Positions 41,501 through 49,919 of a stretch of DNA of 55,962 bases are shown here, one piece after another (within the stretch, counting starts at the first letter, position 1; every line of letters starts with the position of its first letter). The notes below the pieces were generated by a model. It did not search any database and was not told the origin of the DNA. It saw only the letters and a program-made list of their open reading frames with translations. Source of the DNA: Promethearchaeota archaeon (lineage in GTDB: Archaea > Asgardarchaeota > Lokiarchaeia > Sigyniarchaeales > SOKP01); the NCBI GenBank assembly GCA_048938005.1, contig JBHLMQ010000015.1:1-55962 (forward strand), written 5' to 3'. Made by a program: the position numbers and the translations under genes.

Positions 41501-41595
41501 AGATAAACCTTATATCCTGAATCTGCTAAATCTATAGAACTCTGAATTCCAGCAATACCCCCTCCTATAACTAAAACAGCGCCGACTTTCTCCAT
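38554..41595 (-). CDS. hdrA: Large tandem HdrA-like flavoprotein, copy 3 (most divergent)
   Basis: GGGIAG, DCAIC, QCIGSRD, CHCGINI, QCVGSR, C-terminal ferredoxin. Confidence 0.9.
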   Translation of the reverse strand: MEKVGAVLVIGGGIAGIQSSIDLADSGYKVYLAESTTSIGGVMSQLDKTFPTNDCAICILAPKLVQTGRHENIDILINSNIEKIEGEPGNFIVDLTQKTLYLDQNKCTGCGLCAQKCPIEAIDIFNKGLSNKTAISVKFPQAVPLVFSINKDKCVGCGVCEGICKAEAINYELQDKNIQLNVGAVILATGFDEYDPTPLTQLGYGKYLNVITSTEFERILSASGPHAGLILRPSDGIIPRKIAFLQCIGSRDKQHGIDYCSSVCCMYTTKEAVIAKEHMDIVEPTIFTMDIRAYGKDFDKYIERARDEYGVRYIRRRISSIKEIPYSKDLKVYYETENGKIIEEIFNLVVLSVGMQPNQRAKDLAQKLNIELNEYGFCKTNTFSPVETSKPGIYVCGAFASPKDIPETVIEASAAAGRVNVLLPEARNKLVSKKELPEELDVSDQPPRIGVFICHCGINIGGVVDVPEVVEYVKTLPNVVYAEHNLYTCSADTQTSIKEKIEANQLNRVIVASCTPRTHEALFQATIREAGLNKYLFEMVNIRDQCSWVHMHEHEKATAKSKDLLRMSVAKASQLIPLQEQEITVIPKGLIIGGGVSGMSASLNLASQGYEVFLIEKEDSLGGFAKNIYRTLENDDVQEFLENLIKKVDNNQFIHVIKNAQINSISGYIGNFSTNVSYGNNSKSVDLEHGIIIVATGAKEYQPKEYSFGEDQRIISQTEFEKDLFTTDKIKGLKSIVMIQCVGSRNEEHPYCSRICCSEAIKNALKAKEINPNIEIVVLYRDIRTYGFKEKFYNLARDKKIIFLRFDESKPPELNIKKEQLTIKVNNPDLGDLEINPDLLVLSTGLVAPIKENEELAKMLKVPLNEDKFFLEAHVKLRPIDFATDGIYLCGCAHSPKDLRESITQSNGAAAQAVKILSTEKLVTSGLVAVVIEENCIGCGSCVEVCQFNAIELIETERSFEDITMTIRKSHVNPALCKGCGTCGAQCPNSTIVIKHFGFEQINAMISALLVQS

Positions 41596-42368
41596 TATTT
41601 CCCCTCCTTAATTGATATAAATGTTGGAATCTCTTCATGTATTTCATCAAGATCAACCAAACCTCTCTGTCTTAGAGTGACAATATGATTTAATACTTCA
41701 TTTGGCTTAACTTGTATCTCGTTCGATATTTCTGGTACTGATTTGCTCGAATCTTTAATTTTTTGTAATATTTTGTAACGAATAAATTCATTATATAAAC
41801 TATCATCAAGAATTTCTTCAAATTCTTCTTTTGGTATTATTTCATTATATACATTACCTTCTGTAGTAATTAGCCTTTCTCTACTAACTAATGTTCTAAT
41901 TCTAGAATCAGCCAATACAGATTTAATTACTTCAAAATTCTCTAATAATTCTTTTTTCAATTTTTTGTTTTTTATAGGTGAAGGACCTAAATTAGTAATA
42001 AATTCATTAAAATCATTTACTAGTTGAGCAAACCTATTACCCTCAGAAGCCGAGACCCAATCCAAACGAAAACGTTCTGAAAATCCAACATAATTTAATA
42101 ATTTTCTAAGCATGTTCATTTTCATCTCTGCTTCATAATTACCGGTCATATAATGACAATCTCCTGGGTGACAACCTAAAACAAGGACCCCATCAACTTT
42201 TTTTAAGAAAGCTTCAGCTATAAAAATGGGATCAACTCTCCCACTGCACATTACTCTTATAATTCTAATATTAGGAGAATATTGAATTCTACTTACACCC
42301 GCAAGATCAGCTCCAGCATAAGAACACCAATTACATAAAAATCCTAAAATTTTTGGTTTAAATGCCAT
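41595..42368 (-). CDS. mvhD: MvhD fused to a C-terminal helical/winged-helix domain
   Basis: ATG 42368 after SD GGAGGAG; [19 protein letters not shown]; about 120-aa extension ending in wHTH-like SVPEIS..I......VLNHIVTLRQRGLV. Confidence 0.88.
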   Translation of the reverse strand: MAFKPKILGFLCNWCSYAGADLAGVSRIQYSPNIRIIRVMCSGRVDPIFIAEAFLKKVDGVLVLGCHPGDCHYMTGNYEAEMKMNMLRKLLNYVGFSERFRLDWVSASEGNRFAQLVNDFNEFITNLGPSPIKNKKLKKELLENFEVIKSVLADSRIRTLVSRERLITTEGNVYNEIIPKEEFEEILDDSLYNEFIRYKILQKIKDSSKSVPEISNEIQVKPNEVLNHIVTLRQRGLVDLDEIHEEIPTFISIKEGK

Positions 42369-42372
42369 CTCT

Positions 42373-45300
42373 TTATTCTCCTCCATAGGCAGTAATTTCT
42401 GATAAAATTTGCTCATTTGTAAAATGAAATACTGTTATTGCATTTTCTGGACAACTCGCACCGCATACACCACAGCCTTTACAAAGCAATTTATTTATAA
42501 CTACATTTCCCTCTTCGTTCTTTGATATGGCATTATATGGGCAGAGTTTTATACACACTTTACAACCAACACATAATTCATTATTCACTTCTGCTACTAA
42601 TCCCGAAGCAATAATATCTGCTGAACTTAAAATTCTACTTGCTCTTCCTGCTGCACCATTCGCTTGAGTGATAGATTCTTGAATATGCTTTGGCCAGTGA
42701 GCACACCCACATAAAAATACACCATCAGTAGCAAAATCTACTGGTCTCAATTTAGCATGAGCTTCTAAGAAAAAACCATGTTTATCTAAAGGTACTTTAA
42801 GCATTTTTGCCAATTTTTCTGAATCATCTGAGGGAACCATAGGAGGTGATAATACGATTAAATCCGTATCAAAATTGATAATATCTTGTAAATTAGTATC
42901 AAATACCTTTATTCCGTATTTTTCAGGTTTATTGCTAATTTTAGTGATTTCTGGTGGCATATCTAAACTATATCTCAGAATCATAGCATCCTTCCTTCTA
43001 TTAAAAAAATATTCTTCAAATTCTTTTTTAGCCATTTGAAAATCTCTATAAAGAATTATTATTTCGAGATCTGGCTTTAGGTCTTTTAGGATGTCCATGT
43101 TTTTGATAGACGTAGCACAACAAATATTTGAACAATATGTGATTCCTTCTTTTTGTCTAGCATCGGCGCATAATATAGTTGTAACACGCTTGATATTATC
43201 GAGCCAAGTTTTATCTTTCTTTTTTAAATTCCGTTCTAATTCTAATTGAGTAATTACATTTTGATTTTTATTATTATATTGAAGATATCCAAGAGGTTTT
43301 AATTCTTGACCTCCAGTGGCAACAATAATAACACCAACTTTAAATTCGTTAATTTCATTTTTGGAGTCAGTAATAGTTATATCATAATTACCTACATATC
43401 CTTTAACATCTTTTACTTTAGATTCTAAACTAATTTGTATATTTTTATTTGCTCTAACATCCTGTTTTATTTTTTCTAAAAATTCTGATGTATCTTCATG
43501 AGTGGGATACAAAAGATATAAATCATTCAGAATCCCCCCTAGTATTTTTTCTTTTTCTACAAGATAAACTATAAATCCTTGATTAGCGAGATTTAATGCA
43601 GCAGTCATTCCGGATACTCCACCACCAATTATTAATGCTTTCTGAGAAACTGAGAGCTTTGGTTCTTTTTGGGACCTCAATAATCTGGATTTAGCAACGG
43701 TCATTTCGATTAAATCTTTAGCTTTCTCGGTAGCTAATTCCTTTTCAGTCATATGAACCCAAGAACACTGATCACGAATATTCGCCATTTCAAAGAGGTA
43801 TTTATTTAATCCAGCTTCTTGACAAGTTTCTTGAAATAAGGATTCATGCGTTCTTGGGGTACAAGAAGCCACAATAAATCTATTTAAATTATATTCATTT
43901 ATAACTTCCTTAATTCTTGCTTGTGAATCACTAGAACATGAATATAAATTATCTTCACAATATACTACATTAGGTAATTTTTTTATGTAGTCTACAACAT
44001 TAGGAACATCGATATATTTTCCAATATTAATACCACAATGACAAATTAGTACACCAATTCTAGGTTCATCTGTTAAATTAACTTCTTTTTCTGGTATATC
44101 AAATACTTTTTCTTTTATTTGAGTAAATTTAGCAGAACTTAATAAAGCTGCTACTTGAGATGCTACCCCACTGGCATCAGCTACTGATTCTGGTATATCC
44201 ATCGGACCTTGACAAAATCCTGATAAAAATATACCTTTTCTTGAAGATAAAGATTTAGTAAAATGATTTTGTTCCTTAAAGAAATTATAATCATCTACGT
44301 TAATATCTAGAATCTTTGCTAATTCTCTAGTTCCTTTAGATGGCACTAAGGGTGTAGCTAAAACAACCATACTTGCCCTAAATTCGTTAAGTAATCCAGT
44401 TTGTAGATCTTCATAACGAATAACTAAATCATTTGTTTCTGAATCTTCTACAATTTTACTAATTTTCGAATGAAAATATATTACTCCATATTCTTCTTGA
44501 GCTTTTTGAGTAAATTCATAGAAGTTTTTTCCATAAGCTCTAATATCATGTCTAAATACATAACATTTGGTTTGCTCTGAATGTTCCTTAGTTATTATTG
44601 CTTCTTTCGCTGCATACATGCAGCATACACTTGAGCAATAGGGGACTCTTTCGTGTAAGTCTCTTGAACCCGCACATTGAATAAAAACTATAGTTTCGGG
44701 TTCTTTTTCATCACTAGGACGTACAACATGTCCACCATATGGTCCAGATGCGCATAAAATTCTCTCATATTCAAGGGCAGTTACAACATTTTCATAACGA
44801 ATACCCCACCTTGATGTTAGATTATCTCTAGTCATATCAAAACCGGTTGCTACGACGATTGCTCCTACATGCAATTCAATTTCTTGAGGCTTTTGTTCGA
44901 AATCTATTGCTTCCGCTTCACATACTTTCTGGCATACACCACATACATCTCTAGTTAATTTTAAGCACATCTCAGGATCAATTAAATAGACGGGAGGAAC
45001 TGCCTGAGGAAATGGAATATATATAGACTTTCTTTTTCCTAGATTCATGTCAAAAACATTAGGAGCTTCAATTTTTGGACACTTAGTAGCACAATCACCA
45101 CAGCCTTTACACTTATTTTCATTAATGTATCGAGGTTTTTTAAGTACTGTTACTTTAAAATCTCCAGGTTCTCCTGAAACTTTTTGGACTTCATGATAAG
45201 TCATTAATTCAATGTTAGGATTTCTGTATACCTCTACCATTTTTGGGGCTAAAATGCATAAACTACAATCTAAAGTTGGGAAAGTTTTATCCAGTTGAGC

Positions 45301-45423
45301 CATTCTCCCTCCAATCGAGGGTGTTTTTTCTACAAGATAAACTTTCAAACCTATTTCAGTCAAATCCAAAGATGCTTGAATTCCGGCTATCCCCCCACCA
45401 ATGACTAACACTGAGCCCTCCAT
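42373..45423 (-). CDS. hdrA: Large tandem HdrA-like flavoprotein, copy 4
   Basis: Same architecture as copies 1 and 2; TAATG overlap with the upstream gene. Confidence 0.9.
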   Translation of the reverse strand: MEGSVLVIGGGIAGIQASLDLTEIGLKVYLVEKTPSIGGRMAQLDKTFPTLDCSLCILAPKMVEVYRNPNIELMTYHEVQKVSGEPGDFKVTVLKKPRYINENKCKGCGDCATKCPKIEAPNVFDMNLGKRKSIYIPFPQAVPPVYLIDPEMCLKLTRDVCGVCQKVCEAEAIDFEQKPQEIELHVGAIVVATGFDMTRDNLTSRWGIRYENVVTALEYERILCASGPYGGHVVRPSDEKEPETIVFIQCAGSRDLHERVPYCSSVCCMYAAKEAIITKEHSEQTKCYVFRHDIRAYGKNFYEFTQKAQEEYGVIYFHSKISKIVEDSETNDLVIRYEDLQTGLLNEFRASMVVLATPLVPSKGTRELAKILDINVDDYNFFKEQNHFTKSLSSRKGIFLSGFCQGPMDIPESVADASGVASQVAALLSSAKFTQIKEKVFDIPEKEVNLTDEPRIGVLICHCGINIGKYIDVPNVVDYIKKLPNVVYCEDNLYSCSSDSQARIKEVINEYNLNRFIVASCTPRTHESLFQETCQEAGLNKYLFEMANIRDQCSWVHMTEKELATEKAKDLIEMTVAKSRLLRSQKEPKLSVSQKALIIGGGVSGMTAALNLANQGFIVYLVEKEKILGGILNDLYLLYPTHEDTSEFLEKIKQDVRANKNIQISLESKVKDVKGYVGNYDITITDSKNEINEFKVGVIIVATGGQELKPLGYLQYNNKNQNVITQLELERNLKKKDKTWLDNIKRVTTILCADARQKEGITYCSNICCATSIKNMDILKDLKPDLEIIILYRDFQMAKKEFEEYFFNRRKDAMILRYSLDMPPEITKISNKPEKYGIKVFDTNLQDIINFDTDLIVLSPPMVPSDDSEKLAKMLKVPLDKHGFFLEAHAKLRPVDFATDGVFLCGCAHWPKHIQESITQANGAAGRASRILSSADIIASGLVAEVNNELCVGCKVCIKLCPYNAISKNEEGNVVINKLLCKGCGVCGASCPENAITVFHFTNEQILSEITAYGGE

Positions 45424-46703
45424 TATTTTTTTACCTCCACACTTTTAACAGAATCAATTGTTTCTATCATATCTACCAAAAATTCTGAGAAATCTAAAAT
45501 TTCAATTTTAGAGAAATCATCATAATCTTTTTTTAGGCAATTTAAATGGTTACGGCATTTGGGACACGAAGTAATCATTTTTGTTCCGACAGCTTTAGCT
45601 TCTGAAAGACGTTTGTATCGTAAAGCCTTAGATCGCTCGTTACAATTCATCCAAGAGTTAACTCCACAGCAATAAGAATTTTCTTTATTATGTTCCATTT
45701 CCCTAAACTCATAACCTATTTTTTTAAGGTGTTGAAAAATCTCTCGAACTTGCTCAATGATTTTATTATCTTTTGGTAAAAATTTACTTAGTCTACAGGG
45801 ATCGTGATATGTAAAAGGGATAATTTCATCAGATTTAGTTGGATTTTTGAATTGAACTTTACCCTGCTTCCATTTATCAAAAACATATTCAATTAAATGT
45901 TTAACTTCAAATTTTTCATTAAAATCTTCAAATAATTTTGGATAATCTATTTTAAATGTTCTATAACATTCAGCACAAGCTGTTATTATTGTTGAGATTC
46001 CCGCTTTTTTGAATAATTTTAAATTTTTCTTCGCTAATTCAATAAAAACTTCGAATTTTCCTTGACCCCAATATAAATCATGACCACAACATATCTCCTC
46101 TTTAAGAATTACTATTGGTTCTTTCTCAATTTGACAAATGATTTTCAAAGTGCTTTCCGCAATAGAGATAATATTCTCAAATTCAAAAGTAAAAAAAGGC
46201 AAACATCCTACATAATATAAAATATTTCCTTTATCTGAAATTTTGCAACCTTTTTGAACCCAATCCAACGGTCTTTCAATTTCAATATTTGGTTGACTCA
46301 TTAATTCAGACATCATAGGATAGATACCTTTATGAGCAATAGATCGATCAAGGTTGTGAATACCTTTCATTCGCATTTTATATCGAGCAATTCTTACAAT
46401 ATCAGCAAAATTTATATCCTTAGGACACATCTGAAGGCAACTATTACACATTAAACAATCCCATAATACCCCACTCTCAATTACCTCATCTTCAAAACCT
46501 TCTAATATCATCTGGATAATTCTACTGGGTGTAAATTTTTGAACTTTACTTATTTGGCATACACCTGAACAACGAGCACATTGATAACATTTTTTTAACA
46601 AGTTAACTAAATCTGGCTCGTATATTTTTGCTAAGTACGAATCAAATTCATTAACTTCTGGTTTAATTTTCTCAGACTTTTCCAATTCTGTTATCAAGCT
46701 CAC
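45423..46703 (-). CDS. HdrD/GlpC-like Fe-S oxidoreductase, copy 2
   Basis: CYQCARCSGVC, CLMCNSCLQMCP, two CCG domains; clear paralog of 32398-33678. Confidence 0.85.
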   Translation of the reverse strand: MSLITELEKSEKIKPEVNEFDSYLAKIYEPDLVNLLKKCYQCARCSGVCQISKVQKFTPSRIIQMILEGFEDEVIESGVLWDCLMCNSCLQMCPKDINFADIVRIARYKMRMKGIHNLDRSIAHKGIYPMMSELMSQPNIEIERPLDWVQKGCKISDKGNILYYVGCLPFFTFEFENIISIAESTLKIICQIEKEPIVILKEEICCGHDLYWGQGKFEVFIELAKKNLKLFKKAGISTIITACAECYRTFKIDYPKLFEDFNEKFEVKHLIEYVFDKWKQGKVQFKNPTKSDEIIPFTYHDPCRLSKFLPKDNKIIEQVREIFQHLKKIGYEFREMEHNKENSYCCGVNSWMNCNERSKALRYKRLSEAKAVGTKMITSCPKCRNHLNCLKKDYDDFSKIEILDFSEFLVDMIETIDSVKSVEVKK

Positions 46704-46707
46704 TTCC

Positions 46708-47820
46708 TTATTGTAAATTTTTCATGAATTCTTCTTTTCGCTTTATTTTTGATTCAGAAAACTTAATTAGTAGCTCTTTCATATCGGTTTTTGCTTTAGC
46801 GTCAAGTTCTAATGATTTAATAATATTTTTGTCTAATACTTCATGAAATAGTTTTTTACCTTTATCAGTTCGAGGTATTACAGTAGTATATTTATCTTGA
46901 GAACCAAGTCCTCCAAATGAAATATCTGAATATATATTTGTAAAGTCAATACAAGAATGACAAGCAGGTCGTATATAATCAACTAGCTGATCGAAAGGAA
47001 TACGGATAATTTTCTCTTTAGAATTTTTATCTTCTACTTTTAAAATTAGAGCCTCCTTAATATTTATTTTTTTAATATTTTCAAACTTGATTTTAAAATT
47101 TTTTTCAAATTTTTCTTTTTTAGATTTATCGAATAAGAAATTATGATAACAAAATAATCCTAAACAAATTTCGATATATTCTGAGGGTGTGACACCCAAA
47201 TTTTGCATACACCTTATTGTGTAGATTTGACAAGGTGTGCCCACTATAGCTAATTTTTTAAATTTATAATGATTCAATTTTACAATAGAGCGAGTATAAG
47301 TACTAAATCTTTGTATCTCGTCTAATTGTGAAGTTATTTCTAGTTTTGTCCCGGAAGCTTTAATTAATTCATCCTTTTTGCCTGCAAACATGGATTCTCT
47401 AGAAAATGGAGCATCAAATTTAGATACTATTGCTCCATCAATTACTTTTTTTTCTAATAAGTAATTTATTAAAGTATTTACAACACCTCCATCAGTTCCA
47501 TATTTTAAGAATTCAGGGTCATTGGTTTGACAGGAATAGATATCTTCTAATTTGCCAAGAGGCTTGGAAGCAAAATCTGTAAATTGATAAGTTTTATTGA
47601 GATCCTCATCTAAAATATGTGTTTGAGGGCAAATACAATAACATATACCACATTCAAGGCATGCATCCTTATTTATATACTCCGGAGGTGAAAATGGCTC
47701 TTTAAAGCCGATTACATTTTCAAATGTTGCTGAACAGAAAGAAGTACATCCCCCACATTCCTGGCAGATGCCTTTTTCATGAACTTCCTTAATTAAATCT
47801 TGAAATGTTTTTGAACTCAT
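46708..47820 (-). CDS. FrhB/FdhB-family (F420-interacting) subunit with N-terminal ferredoxin
   Basis: ATG 47820 (MSSKTF); CQECGGC, CLECGICYCICP, DGGVV, VGTPCQ, GLFC, CHSC.DF...SDISFG. Confidence 0.85.
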   Translation of the reverse strand: MSSKTFQDLIKEVHEKGICQECGGCTSFCSATFENVIGFKEPFSPPEYINKDACLECGICYCICPQTHILDEDLNKTYQFTDFASKPLGKLEDIYSCQTNDPEFLKYGTDGGVVNTLINYLLEKKVIDGAIVSKFDAPFSRESMFAGKKDELIKASGTKLEITSQLDEIQRFSTYTRSIVKLNHYKFKKLAIVGTPCQIYTIRCMQNLGVTPSEYIEICLGLFCYHNFLFDKSKKEKFEKNFKIKFENIKKINIKEALILKVEDKNSKEKIIRIPFDQLVDYIRPACHSCIDFTNIYSDISFGGLGSQDKYTTVIPRTDKGKKLFHEVLDKNIIKSLELDAKAKTDMKELLIKFSESKIKRKEEFMKNLQ

Positions 47821-47830
47821 AATATTAATT

Positions 47831-49333
47831 TTATTTTTCTTTCTTTTCCAATTTAATTGGTTCACAATTTTTTCTTTTTGTCCCAGCAATCCTTTCTAAT
47901 AAGGGTTGTCCTGGTTTAACATCTTTTAAACTTTTAGATTCTATTAATCCTGCTTTAATGGCTTCTTTATAGATTTTCTCACCTTTTTTATTTCGTGTAA
48001 TTACTGAGGACCAACCACTAGGTGAACCAATTGATCCTACAGAAATATCCGCAAAATCTGCAGTCAAATCCTCGCAGTAATGACAATTGTGCCGAGCATA
48101 AGATTTCACATCTTTTAATGGTACTTTTAAATCTCCGCCCGAATCTAAATAGATGATAAATTTACCACCACTTATATCCATTTTTGTTATTTTAGTATAA
48201 TCTTTATCAAATTGTTCCTTAATTAAGTTAAGTATACCCTCATAGGGAAAAGATTCCATGCAAAAAAGCCCAATTTTATATTTAATATTTTTGAAAAAAG
48301 GTAAGCCACTCGGAAACAAATTTCCTTTCTCTAAAGCATTCATCATACAAGGAACTCCTACAATTGCTATATTTTCATATTGTTTTGTATCATCTATTAT
48401 AGAGAGTGTTGAGGCGTTAGCATATTTAGTTCCTCCAGTCTTATATAAATCTTTAACATCCTCTATTATAACTGGCTCAGGTTTCCATAATTCCTTTGAA
48501 TGCTGTACTGCTACGATTGCGTCAACTAGTTTATTTTTGAGTAAATATTCAAGGATCGAGGTTACAATCCCTCCATCTTGTCTTACTTTTTTAATCTCAT
48601 CCTTAGTGGTTGTGGCAGAATATGCATTAATATAACCATTAATCTTTTCTGAAAATTTCAATGCTTTATCGAGTTTATTAATACTTTTGCCCACTTGTTC
48701 AATTGAAAATGATCTGGGACAAACAGAATAACACAAACCGCATTTTATGCAATTATCATCATCTATATCTAAAGTATCTGCTGTCGCTTTAATAGCATTT
48801 ACGGGACAAATTGATGAGCACCAACCACATTGACAGCATACTTCAGATTCAAACACTAAAGAGACTGGTTCAAAAAAGTGTTCAATGAAATCCTCAGGAA
48901 TATCTTTAAATTGATACCTATAGAAATATTCTTTTTCTTCGACTTCTTTTTCTTCTCCTTTAATTTTTTTAATTACTTTTTTAGTTTTTATTTCAATATA
49001 TTCTTCAACATATCCTTGTTCTTTCAGATAGATTATATCACGAATTACGTTTTCTTGAGGAAAATCGTTTACAATTTTTGCAATTTCCTCTAAAAATAAC
49101 GGTTCATTACCCTTTAATTTCTCTAACACTAATTTGCGCTCTGTTTCAGCATCAATCATGGCATCTAATATTTCATAGAATTCTTCTTCAGAATATTTTC
49201 CAGTATTCAAAATTTCCTCTTTTGCTTCGTAAAAAGCTCGAATTTGAAAATTCTCGACTGCTTTATAGGTAGCATCCATTAAATTTTTTGGCGATATTCC
49301 ATTGAAATTGATATTTTTAGCAATTTGAACCAT
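47831..49333 (-). CDS. FrhB/FdhB-family subunit with N-terminal helical/winged-helix domain and ferredoxin
   Basis: CCQCGWCSSICP, CIKCGLCYSVCP, QDGGIVT, GTKY, GVPCM, GLFCME, CHYC.D..ADISVGSIG. Confidence 0.88.
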   Translation of the reverse strand: MVQIAKNINFNGISPKNLMDATYKAVENFQIRAFYEAKEEILNTGKYSEEEFYEILDAMIDAETERKLVLEKLKGNEPLFLEEIAKIVNDFPQENVIRDIIYLKEQGYVEEYIEIKTKKVIKKIKGEEKEVEEKEYFYRYQFKDIPEDFIEHFFEPVSLVFESEVCCQCGWCSSICPVNAIKATADTLDIDDDNCIKCGLCYSVCPRSFSIEQVGKSINKLDKALKFSEKINGYINAYSATTTKDEIKKVRQDGGIVTSILEYLLKNKLVDAIVAVQHSKELWKPEPVIIEDVKDLYKTGGTKYANASTLSIIDDTKQYENIAIVGVPCMMNALEKGNLFPSGLPFFKNIKYKIGLFCMESFPYEGILNLIKEQFDKDYTKITKMDISGGKFIIYLDSGGDLKVPLKDVKSYARHNCHYCEDLTADFADISVGSIGSPSGWSSVITRNKKGEKIYKEAIKAGLIESKSLKDVKPGQPLLERIAGTKRKNCEPIKLEKKEK

Positions 49334-49415
49334 AATTCCATCCTTCAGGAATATATTTTTTTGAAAAATTTAACTTTTTAATTGAATACTATTTAAAAAC
49401 CCCTTCCTTTGCTAG

Positions 49416-49461
49416 GTTAGTCTTCTTATAACCAGAATTTTTTTATAAGAATCATTCTAAC
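49416..49461 (-). ncRNA. Eukaryote-like SECIS element (cis-acting Sec insertion hairpin)
   Basis: Minus strand reads GUUAG-A-AUGA-UUCUUAUAA-AAAAAUUCUGG-UUAUAAGAA-GA-CUAAC: 5-bp lower stem, AUGA/GA kink-turn core, perfect 9-bp upper stem, A-rich apical loop; sits at the 3' end of UGA-containing genes. Confidence 0.85.
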
Positions 49462-49913
49462 GGGGTAGTTATAATTTCTGTTGTTTCAACTTTTGATTCT
49501 TTATCTACTAAATTAATTGGACTAGGTCCAGCTTTTTTTAGTTTTTCATAAGCGTCCTCAACAGATTCGACAAATTTCCCAGCATCTCCTCCACTTAACC
49601 AATACATATTAATTCTTTGATTTCCGAAACCTCTGGATTCTAAGATTCTATTTGCTAATTCAACATGTCTTTCAGCAGTAAAATTGCCATTTTTAAATTG
49701 ACATTCATTAGGGCGTCAACCAACAATCATAACACCATCAGCTCCCGCGCGAATGCTATATAAGATGTGCTTAACATCAATTCTGCCAGTACATCTTACT
49801 TTGACAATTTTGACAGCAGGTGTATATTTCAATCGAGAAACTCCTGCTAAATCAGCCGCGCTATATCCTCACTTTAAACAAGCGAATACAACCATTTTAT
49901 AAGTATTTTCCAT
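49452..49913 (-). CDS. vhuD: Selenoprotein MvhD/VhuD (153 aa, Sec15 and Sec66); absent from the ORF track
   Basis: ATG 49913: MENTYKMVVFACLK-U-GYSAADLAG..RCTGR..GADGVMIVG-U-RPNEC..WLSGGD..GPSP..TPLE*. TGA at 49869-49871 and 49716-49718 align with Cys of CNWC and GCH in paralogs; SD GGAGGT upstream. Confidence 0.92.
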
Positions 49914-49919
49914 GTCTGT

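Noticed and set aside
7165-46703. Complete anaerobic aromatic-degradation pathway (TPL-derived phenol feeding a Bam-like reductase)
   Set aside because: No BamB-like tungsten enzyme or phenol-activating genes in the window; the link is speculative
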